Source: a virus (taxonomy: Duplodnaviria > Caudoviricetes). From it: a stretch of 64,000 nucleotides of DNA. Under the pieces are notes generated by a model. That model was not told where the DNA came from and did no database searches. It was given only the letters and a program-made list of their open reading frames with translations. Position numbers and translations under genes: made by a program. Shown here piece after piece: positions 26,593 to 36,048 of this stretch; positions within the stretch are counted from its first letter, which is position 1; each line of letters begins with the position of its first letter. The DNA lies in IMG/VR virus record IMGVR_UViG_3300029286_000011, one strand, 5' to 3'.

Positions 26593-29106
26593 CTATATCG
26601 AAGCAACGTCTTCAAGACTGGGTGCGGTCATCGAGCTGCCTAGCAGCGGCGATGCGTCCTTCTCTTGCAGATAAAGCGTGGTATCGCCAAGCGATTCGAA
26701 CGAGTTGCGCAAGGTATCTTCCAGCTCAGGCAGGTCTGCCTTGCCGTACTGATCCATGAACTCTTCGTTGTGCCAGTAGAACATGAAAAGGATACGGCCA
26801 AGCCTGTCCAACGCCTTGAGCAAGTCAGGGATGAACTTTTTGACCAACGAATCCTTATGCACAGCCTTTACAAGGCCGGAGATCATGGACGTATCCATAA
26901 CCTCTTTCTGGCCGGTCTGCGCTGCCTGCATAGCAGACTGCATAGCATACGGATCAGGTAGAGCTTCGGGGCTCTGGTCGTATACCGACGGATCTGTATT
27001 TCCGGCTGAGAAGGCATCTACCGGCAGCAATTCCTGCTGTGGCATGATCGACGGCGCATAGTTGCTGGCCTGACTTACGTCGTACACCGGCGCAGGAAAG
27101 GACGGGGCAACCATGCCAGGGTCTTGGGCGTACTTGATGAAGACCGTTGCAGACAGGCCATGAATGGCGGCCTTTTCTGCCTTGGCCATCAGCGCCCGTG
27201 CAGCCTTCTCACGCAAGCCGTGACGCCAGATCAGGTCAAACAACGTGGCTTTCTTCGTCTTGCGCACGCTGTCGTTAATGACGGCCTCAGAGCCCAGAAC
27301 GCTTACCCTGAGCATCGGGAAAAGAGACTTGGCAGCATCTTTGATAAGTGTGCTGCTTCCAAGCTCAAATCCAGATTTGTACTGCAGCTTCAGTTCAATG
27401 TCGGGCAAACCAGACAAGATGAACGGCGCATTCTTACTCTCCCACGAGCTGCCGTATGGACCTGACATCGAAGTGCCCGGTTCATGGTCTGCGCCAGACT
27501 TGGAGATGCGCAGAACCTTGGAGTCCTCTGGGACATACAACGTGTCTCCTAGAACCCTGAAGGACGACCCGCGATGCTCGTTGAATATAACGTGCTTACG
27601 GCCATAGGAGCATTCACCCACCGGGTAAGAACTGTCCATGGATTTGGGCGTCCATGACGGTTGAGGCTCGCCATAGTCCTGCCAATCAACAACGCATGTA
27701 TTGCCGTTCGGCTTGTCGTCGATACGGAACGGACAAGTAGCGTCACCATTCTTGGTTACGACTATATATCTGTGGTCGTAGCCTGCCGTGAGCTCGGCAG
27801 ACGACAGACCTTCGTACCATTTGCCAAAGTCCTTGTCGTCGTCCTTGGCAGCTTCTCCGGTGCGCACGAAAATGTTGTTACGGTGCGTGTTCTTCCAATC
27901 GCGTGGATCCAGCTGGACAACAACAGACAAAGGCTTGTGTCCGCCGGCAGCCATTGGCTGGGAGGCAACAAAGCAGCGCTTGAAGACGCCAGGCTGCATC
28001 AACACGTCGTACAATCCGGTCTTATCCGGGTTTGTAAGCTGTATCGGACTGGTGGTTTCGTAGGCGGTGGAAACTTCGTCAGCCGCACGCTTGTCCTGAA
28101 CGATATAGCCGTTGCGTACGATACGCTCACGGTCTGCATCGTTCAACCATTGCGGGCAGTAGTCTAGCGTTGACGAATCGTACGTCAGAATGCGCAGCTT
28201 AGTCTCGGCACTCTTCTGTCCGAAAATGCCTTCCAGCTCGTCGCTGTCAGGCAGATCGCCAAATACGCTATCATCGGCGGCAGACTTGTTATCGACGGCG
28301 TTAAGCAGCGTCTCCAGCGCTGTTTTAATGAGGTCAGGGCCGTAATGCGTGTCAAGCATATGCTTGACAGCTGGGTACTTTTTGTAGGCCGCATATGCCA
28401 GCTTGCAGAACTCAATGTCCTGAGCCAACACACACGGCAACGACAGCCGGTCATCCAAACCGGCATACTTAGCAAGTTTCCACGGGTCATCGACGGTCAG
28501 GCTGCCGTACACAGGCAGGAAGTCCAAAGACCAATCGCGGAAATGCTTCGGAAGTTCTTCTGAGAACTTACCAAACGGCGGCGTCGAAAGACGAGTGAGG
28601 TCCGGTTGGCGAACGCCAAGCTGCTGCGCAGACCTTGAATCGCCTTCACCAAGAATGTGCGGACGCTGCGCCAGAATGTAATTGATCCAGTTTTCCTTCA
28701 GCGGCACGAACTGGTCTTTGCCCTTGAGATACAACAGCTCGTGGCCCTTCATGTCGCCATTCATGAACATGACAGGCGCATAGGCCCACTGCTCACCGAT
28801 CTTGAATCCGAAGATACCAACAGCCTTGGTGGAATCTTCGTTACGATCAACAAGCTGGAAGCCTATAAGGAAGTCAAGCAGACGAGGGGCCTTATCACGA
28901 ATGTGCGTATAGGCCAGGCTTGCAAAGGCCTGCTCGAATGACTGTTCCTGATCTCCACCAAGCGATGCCGCCTTGGCCAGACCTGCGGCCACTGCGACTA
29001 ATGTCTCACGTTGACGCTTAGCTTCCGCAGCGAGCTTCACGTTACGAAAACGATAAGATAGCTGTCGGTTGAAAGCAGGGGCAACCATGGCGTCGTCCGT
29101 GAACAA
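26593..29106 (-). CDS. Large hypothetical head-cluster protein (837 aa)
   Basis: Long ORF with many KxA motifs (KLAA, KAAS, KSAA, KSAE, KYAQ); start uncertain. Confidence 0.75.
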   Translation of the reverse strand: MFTDDAMVAPAFNRQLSYRFRNVKLAAEAKRQRETLVAVAAGLAKAASLGGDQEQSFEQAFASLAYTHIRDKAPRLLDFLIGFQLVDRNEDSTKAVGIFGFKIGEQWAYAPVMFMNGDMKGHELLYLKGKDQFVPLKENWINYILAQRPHILGEGDSRSAQQLGVRQPDLTRLSTPPFGKFSEELPKHFRDWSLDFLPVYGSLTVDDPWKLAKYAGLDDRLSLPCVLAQDIEFCKLAYAAYKKYPAVKHMLDTHYGPDLIKTALETLLNAVDNKSAADDSVFGDLPDSDELEGIFGQKSAETKLRILTYDSSTLDYCPQWLNDADRERIVRNGYIVQDKRAADEVSTAYETTSPIQLTNPDKTGLYDVLMQPGVFKRCFVASQPMAAGGHKPLSVVVQLDPRDWKNTHRNNIFVRTGEAAKDDDKDFGKWYEGLSSAELTAGYDHRYIVVTKNGDATCPFRIDDKPNGNTCVVDWQDYGEPQPSWTPKSMDSSYPVGECSYGRKHVIFNEHRGSSFRVLGDTLYVPEDSKVLRISKSGADHEPGTSMSGPYGSSWESKNAPFILSGLPDIELKLQYKSGFELGSSTLIKDAAKSLFPMLRVSVLGSEAVINDSVRKTKKATLFDLIWRHGLREKAARALMAKAEKAAIHGLSATVFIKYAQDPGMVAPSFPAPVYDVSQASNYAPSIMPQQELLPVDAFSAGNTDPSVYDQSPEALPDPYAMQSAMQAAQTGQKEVMDTSMISGLVKAVHKDSLVKKFIPDLLKALDRLGRILFMFYWHNEEFMDQYGKADLPELEDTLRNSFESLGDTTLYLQEKDASPLLGSSMTAPSLEDVASI

Positions 29107-29236
29107 AGGTGATGAAACGTCCGTGCTGTATTGCGCAGTGTACAGTTTACGGCTTCAGTTGTTCTGCAAGTGCTGTCCCGATCATGACTACGGAACAGCC
29201 CCTTACTAAAATTCTATTCGCTTTTCGACGAAGCTG

Positions 29237-32200
29237 CTACCCAATTCGGCCGATGGGCTTCGGCGCCTCGGGCAACTTTGGCTTAGCAGCAACCTGTGTA
29301 GCAGGCGCCGTAGTAGGTGCAGACATAGGCTTCGGTGCAGCAGGAGCCACCCAACCTTGTGGGGCTGTCTGGGCAAATCTGGCCTGAAAATCTGTATCCG
29401 GATTGGCCTTCAGAAACTCCTGCGTAGGCATATGTTGCTGCAACTTGTTGTCGTAATACCAGCTATCGTCTGGAGCTGTGTTGTAGAAACCTTGCAGCGC
29501 TTCTCGTGAATATGGTGTTCCACGCTGCTGTTGCACATGCTGTAACTGTGCTTGCCCTTGCTGCACGCCCCTAGCTGCCCCAACGGCATTTCCAACCTCT
29601 TTGCTAGCTGCGTACGCCTCTCCAGGCAAATTGATCAAGGAGCGTATGGGCTTCATATTGGCGTTTATCGCTGCGCCTGCGTAGCTGAGCAAACCATTAG
29701 TTGGATCCTTGAAACCTAGAATAGTATTGTCTGGTGTCACATCATTCATAAACTTCTTGTGATCGCTCCAGCCAAATCCTGTTTCTCTCTTGCCGCCGAG
29801 CATCTCCGGTAACAAACCAACACCGTCGACAAGTTCCAACGCACCATTTATAGGCGTAGCCCATAAACTAGCCGTGCCACCAATTCTTTTAGCAGCGGCT
29901 TGTCCAAGTAAGCCCATGCCAGTTGAGGCTGCCGCCGATGGAGCAACAGCCGCAGTCACAGGCAGAATGTAATCAGTGAAGCCCGGCTTAGGCGGTGGCA
30001 CAGTAGGAGGCGGCACAGGAGCAACGGATTGCTCAGCTGGCGACTGTGGTGCATCGGACTGCTCGTTTATAGGTTGCCTTGGTTGCACAGGTTGTGGCTG
30101 CGCAGGTGCGGGCTGAGGCTGTACGGGGGCTGGCTGTGCCACTGGCTGAGCAGCAGGTTGTGCGGGTGCCGGCGGCTGTACAGGTGCTGCAGGTTGCGTA
30201 GTGTCAGGTGTTAACGGCTCTGTCGGCGTAGCCGGATTACCGCTAAACAGCATATCTTGAGCTGCAGACGGGTTCATCATGGCCATGAATAGCATCTGGC
30301 CTAGTGGTCCCATCTTCTCTAGCAAAGGCAACAGCATCGGCATAATGCCGGCCATTGAGAAGCCCTGGCCGTCATTTTGTTCCGGCATCAACTCTGCAGC
30401 AGTCTTTGGTGCAGCCAGTTCCGCAGGTGTGTAATCTCTTGGCGTTCGTACCTTGCCCTTGCCGATTTGACCTGTGGCCAGCGCAGGTACAAAGCTAGTG
30501 CCCATAGGATCGCTGATAGCACCTCGTTGCGCACCCTCAAGTACGCTGCCCTTCAGACCGCTGCCAAACATGCGTGTAAGCCAGTCTGGATCATGCTGCA
30601 AATTAGCCATGCCGCGAATCATCTCTGGTTCAAACGGCGGCGGATCGGCATGAACGTCGATGTTCTCCACGCCAAACTTCTTCAGCTGTTTGACAACACT
30701 TGGTCGTATCTTGGTGCCAATCGAATAATGCAGATATGGGCGTTCTAGATACTTACCAACTGCTCGTGCGGTTGGCAAACTATCGTAGCCATCTCGTGGC
30801 CGATACTTCTTCTCAACAACGTCATAAGGCACAACGTCATCAGGAGCCAAGTCGTCGAGTTCGTCAGTCAGTCTGACGTGATTTATGAGACCCTTGGCCA
30901 ACAGCTCTATGTTTCGACGATGCCCGCCGATACGGGCATTGGCATAGGCCTTCCTGAAGGCATCAAGAAAGTAACGTCTGCCTTCACCAACACCTTTATG
31001 CTCTGTAATGACAGCTGGGTTGGGCTCACCCTCGCTAAGCATGTCACCGGCTTCTATGTTATCGCCAGGCTTAACGACAGGTTCGAAGCCTTCGCCTACA
31101 TAGTGCTTGGTGCCATCGACGGATATGTACTTACCACCGGCTGGTGCAGGGTCGATGGACTCAACATGACCATCAACAGTGGCATGTACAGCGCCGCCTT
31201 TGAAGGTCTTAGGAACCTGCACAAGCTGATTGATCCAATCAAAACCGGAGATAGCTGCAGAGCCACCAGCACCAGCTACACCGCCCGTATGCTTGCTCGA
31301 ATTAGACACAATCAGACCATTGGCAAGTACGAAAAGGTGATCTTCGTGTGCCACTTCTAGGTCATGTGTATACTGATGACCGATAGCAATCTGCTCTTTC
31401 CTGTACAGTCTGTTACGCGACGCAGTAGGTCTAGGTCTCCATGTGGCCAAACAAGCTACCAGCGTGTGTCTCTTAACACCGTACAACGGGATATTAGCGG
31501 CAAACTTTAGCAGGCTGTCACGAAATGTGATTACGAAGCTGTAAAGAACGTGCTTTCGCTTATCCGCCCCGCTAGGTTTTGGTATAGAGGCATATATGCC
31601 AAAACGCCATTCCAGCAGCTCTTTGACCTGCTCTACAAGTCTTAGTGATGTTGATCCGAATGAGATATGTACGGCCCCTCCTTTTGCTTTATTTTGCTCG
31701 GATACGTACACAGACCCATCTGTCACCATCAGTCCGGCTATCAGCTCTGCCACAGACGCATTGTTCCAGCTGTAAGCCTCGTGAGGTATGATCTTTTCGT
31801 AGGCATATTTACCTGCCATTCCGTACCGCACCAGCATTTGCATTGCTGGATTTCTATACGATCCGTTAAATCGACCAGTTGTGGCATCCTGAGCTGTACG
31901 TGCTTGGTCAATCTGACTTACTCGATAATAGCCTCGCTGACCGGCCAATAGGGTAGTCTTCAAGTTCAGCGCGGATAGGCGTGGCGCTATATCGGTAATT
32001 AACATCGGATCAAAACACGACAAGTGAAAACCGTTCACACTGTTCGTGTAGCATCCATCACCTAATCCTAGCCCCATCAAAAGCGCAAATGGTTCTTCTC
32101 TTAGTCCGGCCGCTGTGAATCCGGCAGGCCGCAAACCAGCAAAACGACCCTTGCCGGCCTTCTGGCCTACTGGATAAATACCTTCAATTGTGTCTGTAGC

Positions 32201-34651
32201 ACTGAACGGATATGTACTCAATGACGCCAGTATCTTGTGGTCTAACGTGGATTCAAGGGTGATTCGCTGCCTGGCTAGACCAACTTGAAACGCCGTCTGA
32301 TGACAATTTCGCAGGCCGTTGTCAAAGCAACGCAACACCTGGACAGGGAAGGTATTTCCGTGACGGTCAGCGCCTAGTACCCAGTCGCCTGGACGTATCT
32401 GCTCGATTGGTCTGACACTCCAGTCGGCCATACGTACCAACGTACCACGCACAAGACAAATTTGTGCCTGGGTAAGCGGTTCAGACAACGCCTGTGATGC
32501 CGTTAATGCTGGATTCTCACCGATATTAGGCAGTCTTCCGAATTCACGGATGCCTACGTCACGCGCATAAACGCTGCCATCACCAGGCCCATTAACCATT
32601 GGGCTGCGCACAAGGATGTCGTCTATGCCTTTGTGACGAAGATCAGCCAGTATCTTGGGCGTCAGGATGGTGTTGCGAGGATAACCGCCGGCAGGTGCAG
32701 ACAACAATGCACCTTCGTTATCACCATCGTCTGTGCGTGACGGCAATCCAACCAACGTTTCTGGATCTTTATCTGCGTCTAGTGACGTGACGATAGCTCG
32801 GTGAACAATCTGACTGAGCTGCTTAGACAAGAACCCAGCGTCCCTAGTGGAATTGGAGACTATGAGCCCATTGGCCAGAACAAACAAATGATCAGGGCAG
32901 GCAACTTCAAGATCAAACGTTTCACAAAGGCCCATTGATTGCTTGTCAATGATCTTAAATCCGTATTGATCCCCATCAGCACGGCGCGACTGGTATAGCC
33001 TGGCTTTCTGAAGTCTCCGGGCCTTCACACCAAACAATGGAACACGCGCAGCAAAACGACTAACTGACAAAGGGTGATTGATCGTCAGTCGCCACTGGTC
33101 GTGTGTTGCGTTAGGTCCGCATTTCTCCACAGGAACGAAGTTTAAGGACGACGTCCATATTCCAAGCCGCAGCTCCAACAGACGCTGCACGCCTAGAAGT
33201 AACTGCTTGGACGTCGATCGAATGTAGATCGAACAGCCATTTTTTCTAGTTTCGACACCGCCGTCAGTCAAAAAGATACCAGCCAGTAAATTGCCAATGG
33301 CTGCATCGTCCCAGCCCCACACCGCACCTGGCAACGTCTTTTCATGGGCATAATACTCGCCAAGACATTCTCGCAGCCAACGCTTTGACGGGTTCAAATG
33401 TCCTTTGGCAAAACAATTACGGTTGTTCTTCCGAATGACAACTCGTTTCGTCTTATCTATCTCAACTAACGCGGCGCTGTAACTACCGACCATGGGCTGG
33501 AAGCGCAAGTTGAATACGCCGATACGCTGATTTATTAGCTGTAACAACTCATCATCTGCACAAGACAACGTGTAGCAACCGTGACATTTTGGCGTCATAC
33601 ATCCGTCACCTAGCATCAGCCCGGCCAGCAACGCATGCGGCTCGGGTCGGCCTATTCCGGCAGCTCCTTGAGCTGGATAGGCCGAGAATGTATTTTTGCG
33701 AGGGTTCTTTTGTACGCGTGCCCGCCACATAGGCAACGCTGTTGGTTCGTATACGGATCTGTGGGCATAGGTTGAACCTGGCCTGCCATCCTTGATCTGA
33801 GCCAGTACCTTGTGGTCTTCGGTTGCACCTAGCTCTCGAATGGAATCATCCTGTCGACAGCCGCCCTTCCTAAATCGATAGCGAAAACACTCTCGATGCC
33901 CATTAGCGTATACAGCGGTTACCTGCACCGGGAACATATTGCCACATGTATCGGCGCCCATCACCCAATCACCAACACGAATCTTCTTTATAGGCTTCTC
34001 ACTGTAGTCAGCCATCAGCACAAGCGTGCCGCCAACTAGACACATTTTGAGATCGATTAGGCCCTTCCTAGTACCATACGATCCAGCCCAGTATTCGGCG
34101 GGTGAATAACCCTGCGAATAACTGTGTCTGATGGGCACTGGAATGACACGGTCACGATGATCGGTAAACAGCAACTCGCTACCACGCAACGCAGCCAATC
34201 CAAAAGCATTACCACGAGAACCAGATCGGATTTGTCGGGCCAACGGGTTGTCTTCTTGCAGGCTTTCTTCGAGCACATCTTTAGACATGCGCTCGCCAAT
34301 CTTGCCTGTCATCTTGACCAGCTGCTTGTCGCGCTCGTCGTCACTCAGGCTGTCATCGCTAAGAATTCGAGTAAGTCCGTCAAGCAACGTTTTCTTATGC
34401 TGCGTGGCTACCTTAGCCTCTGTCAGATGCCGTAGACCAAATGAATCGCCGCCAGAGCTAAACGATATGTGCTTGCCGATCTGCAACAGACGATGGGATA
34501 TATCCCTGTACTTCTCTGGATATTTCTGTGCAATCGTGCGCAGCAGTTTGCTCATTGCAGCCTTATCAATGACAGCGTTATAGTCCCGTAGCTCTTCAGG
34601 GAGCACGGAGTTCACCATCAACGAGCCTATCGTCGTCTGCAACCTGGCCAT
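29237..34651 (-). CDS. rpoC: Phage RNA polymerase beta' C-terminal subunit with 2 inteins and a ~390-aa C-terminal extension
   Basis: GSRG..ALRG; bridge helix YWAGSYGTRKGLID..STRDAGFLSKQL; trigger loop ASQALSEPLTQ..SKHTGG; RRNIELL. Confidence 0.9.
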   Translation of the reverse strand: MARLQTTIGSLMVNSVLPEELRDYNAVIDKAAMSKLLRTIAQKYPEKYRDISHRLLQIGKHISFSSGGDSFGLRHLTEAKVATQHKKTLLDGLTRILSDDSLSDDERDKQLVKMTGKIGERMSKDVLEESLQEDNPLARQIRSGSRGNAFGLAALRGSELLFTDHRDRVIPVPIRHSYSQGYSPAEYWAGSYGTRKGLIDLKMCLVGGTLVLMADYSEKPIKKIRVGDWVMGADTCGNMFPVQVTAVYANGHRECFRYRFRKGGCRQDDSIRELGATEDHKVLAQIKDGRPGSTYAHRSVYEPTALPMWRARVQKNPRKNTFSAYPAQGAAGIGRPEPHALLAGLMLGDGCMTPKCHGCYTLSCADDELLQLINQRIGVFNLRFQPMVGSYSAALVEIDKTKRVVIRKNNRNCFAKGHLNPSKRWLRECLGEYYAHEKTLPGAVWGWDDAAIGNLLAGIFLTDGGVETRKNGCSIYIRSTSKQLLLGVQRLLELRLGIWTSSLNFVPVEKCGPNATHDQWRLTINHPLSVSRFAARVPLFGVKARRLQKARLYQSRRADGDQYGFKIIDKQSMGLCETFDLEVACPDHLFVLANGLIVSNSTRDAGFLSKQLSQIVHRAIVTSLDADKDPETLVGLPSRTDDGDNEGALLSAPAGGYPRNTILTPKILADLRHKGIDDILVRSPMVNGPGDGSVYARDVGIREFGRLPNIGENPALTASQALSEPLTQAQICLVRGTLVRMADWSVRPIEQIRPGDWVLGADRHGNTFPVQVLRCFDNGLRNCHQTAFQVGLARQRITLESTLDHKILASLSTYPFSATDTIEGIYPVGQKAGKGRFAGLRPAGFTAAGLREEPFALLMGLGLGDGCYTNSVNGFHLSCFDPMLITDIAPRLSALNLKTTLLAGQRGYYRVSQIDQARTAQDATTGRFNGSYRNPAMQMLVRYGMAGKYAYEKIIPHEAYSWNNASVAELIAGLMVTDGSVYVSEQNKAKGGAVHISFGSTSLRLVEQVKELLEWRFGIYASIPKPSGADKRKHVLYSFVITFRDSLLKFAANIPLYGVKRHTLVACLATWRPRPTASRNRLYRKEQIAIGHQYTHDLEVAHEDHLFVLANGLIVSNSSKHTGGVAGAGGSAAISGFDWINQLVQVPKTFKGGAVHATVDGHVESIDPAPAGGKYISVDGTKHYVGEGFEPVVKPGDNIEAGDMLSEGEPNPAVITEHKGVGEGRRYFLDAFRKAYANARIGGHRRNIELLAKGLINHVRLTDELDDLAPDDVVPYDVVEKKYRPRDGYDSLPTARAVGKYLERPYLHYSIGTKIRPSVVKQLKKFGVENIDVHADPPPFEPEMIRGMANLQHDPDWLTRMFGSGLKGSVLEGAQRGAISDPMGTSFVPALATGQIGKGKVRTPRDYTPAELAAPKTAAELMPEQNDGQGFSMAGIMPMLLPLLEKMGPLGQMLFMAMMNPSAAQDMLFSGNPATPTEPLTPDTTQPAAPVQPPAPAQPAAQPVAQPAPVQPQPAPAQPQPVQPRQPINEQSDAPQSPAEQSVAPVPPPTVPPPKPGFTDYILPVTAAVAPSAAASTGMGLLGQAAAKRIGGTASLWATPINGALELVDGVGLLPEMLGGKRETGFGWSDHKKFMNDVTPDNTILGFKDPTNGLLSYAGAAINANMKPIRSLINLPGEAYAASKEVGNAVGAARGVQQGQAQLQHVQQQRGTPYSREALQGFYNTAPDDSWYYDNKLQQHMPTQEFLKANPDTDFQARFAQTAPQGWVAPAAPKPMSAPTTAPATQVAAKPKLPEAPKPIGRIG
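31301..32458 (-). mobile_element. Intein B (386 aa) with LAGLIDADG endonuclease, in the trigger loop
   Basis: QI|CLVRGT ... GLIVSN|S; motifs LMGLGLGDG and IAGLMVTDG. Confidence 0.9.
32852..34042 (-). mobile_element. Intein A (397 aa) with LAGLIDADG endonuclease, in the bridge helix
   Basis: KM|CLVGGT ... GLIVSN|S; motifs LAGLMLGDG and LAGIFLTDG. Confidence 0.9.
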
Positions 34652-34652
34652 C

Positions 34653-34946
34653 TTACTTCCTGTGTGTGCGTAGGCAGAATTCCACTCGTGCCAACTCGTA
34701 GTCTGTAAGACTGGCTTCTATGAATGCTTGCTCTTCTTTTGTCACAGGGCCTACGACAACCTTTTCGTTCTGTCGTAAGCTTTCACGGATCGTGGCTACA
34801 TCGTTTACCAATTCGGCAACATTCAAGCTTGTAGCAACCTCGGTGACTTGCCCAGGCGCAGGCACAATACTAGCGTTGAGCCAACGCGCATAACGGCTAG
34901 CCCGCTGCGTTGTTTCTACGTCTTGCGAAGGTAGATGATTCATCAC
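34653..34946 (-). CDS. Hypothetical protein (97 aa)
   Basis: ORF between the RNAP genes. Confidence 0.55.
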   Translation of the reverse strand: MMNHLPSQDVETTQRASRYARWLNASIVPAPGQVTEVATSLNVAELVNDVATIRESLRQNEKVVVGPVTKEEQAFIEASLTDYELARVEFCLRTHRK

Positions 34947-35203
34947 AACACCTTGGGCAGATCTTCAGCGGGTCTTAGCTTGTTTGTAACGTCATCGACT
35001 ATGACAAACTTGTTGAACCCTAGCCGGTCCAGAACACGATTGAAGTCTTCATCAGTAGCTCTGGATATGAAGACTTCACCGTCTACAAGTTCACAGGCCA
35101 CGGCCAGAGGCACGCCTGCGTTATCTTCCAACACGACCATTCTCATGCCGTCACGTAGTAACGGCGACTTATCGCCCAGGCCTCTAAGCGCCTTTAGCCG
35201 CAC
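34943..35203 (-). CDS. Hypothetical protein (86 aa)
   Basis: ORF between the RNAP genes. Confidence 0.6.
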   Translation of the reverse strand: MRLKALRGLGDKSPLLRDGMRMVVLEDNAGVPLAVACELVDGEVFISRATDEDFNRVLDRLGFNKFVIVDDVTNKLRPAEDLPKVL

Positions 35204-35966
35204 GATTGGCCTCCTCGATGATTCGAGCCAATGCAGCTGCCTTGTCGGAGATACCTAGTGCGGTATTGCCGATGGACTGTCCAGGACTCCTGACACGAGC
35301 TATGGCCAATTTACTTGCACCCTGTTTTCCTGCCATGGCCAACTCCGGTGAAGCCGGTTGTATAGCCTCGATAGGTTTGATCGCCGATTCGGCCTGTGCA
35401 CTCTCCCCGCCACCACCGGAGTCTCCTCCGGACGCATCTTCAGCACCAGCCTCGCGATCTTCAGGTCGCAGCAACATATCAGGAGGAACCTGCAAGCCCA
35501 TTGTGTTGAAGATCGTCACCATCATCTTCTTGAGCTGATAGATTTCCTCGCCAGGATCAATCTTGGTAGGCTTCTTAGCCCCAGACGCTCCGTCCGAGCC
35601 CTTAGCGCCACCAGCCCCACCCATGGCTTCCTGTATGATCTGGCGAACACGTTCCTCAGTAAGGCCCGCAGCAGCCCCTGCAGGGGCACCAGACGGCGCT
35701 GGAGGCATTCCACCCATGGAAGGGTCCATCGGGGCGCCAGCAGCCATTGCCGGGTCCATAGGAGGCATTCCGCCCATCATAGACGGGTCCATCGGCGGCA
35801 TCCCGCCCATCATGGCTGGGTCCATAGGCATTCCTGGAGGTGCTCCACCGGCCATAGCCGGATCGGCAGGCATTCCACCAGCGGCCATGGCAGGATCAAC
35901 AAATGCCGCTTTGTTATGCAGCTCTTTGACCAGTGTCAGCAGCGCCGGGTTGAAGATTGTGTTCAT
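35184..35966 (-). CDS. Met/Pro/Gly low-complexity protein
   Basis: Repeated (P)MDP(A/S)M(M)GGMP units after NKAAF. Confidence 0.75.
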   Translation of the reverse strand: MNTIFNPALLTLVKELHNKAAFVDPAMAAGGMPADPAMAGGAPPGMPMDPAMMGGMPPMDPSMMGGMPPMDPAMAAGAPMDPSMGGMPPAPSGAPAGAAAGLTEERVRQIIQEAMGGAGGAKGSDGASGAKKPTKIDPGEEIYQLKKMMVTIFNTMGLQVPPDMLLRPEDREAGAEDASGGDSGGGGESAQAESAIKPIEAIQPASPELAMAGKQGASKLAIARVRSPGQSIGNTALGISDKAAALARIIEEANRAAKGA

Positions 35967-36048
35967 GCGTTGAATCCCTGTAACTAATTAAGGTAGGACA
36001 GCCTGTAGTATAGCTCGTATAACCATCGCTAACTACGTCGGCACAGCA

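Noticed and set aside
26593-29106. 837-aa protein as portal or terminase
   Set aside because: No Walker, nuclease or portal features recognised; left as hypothetical.
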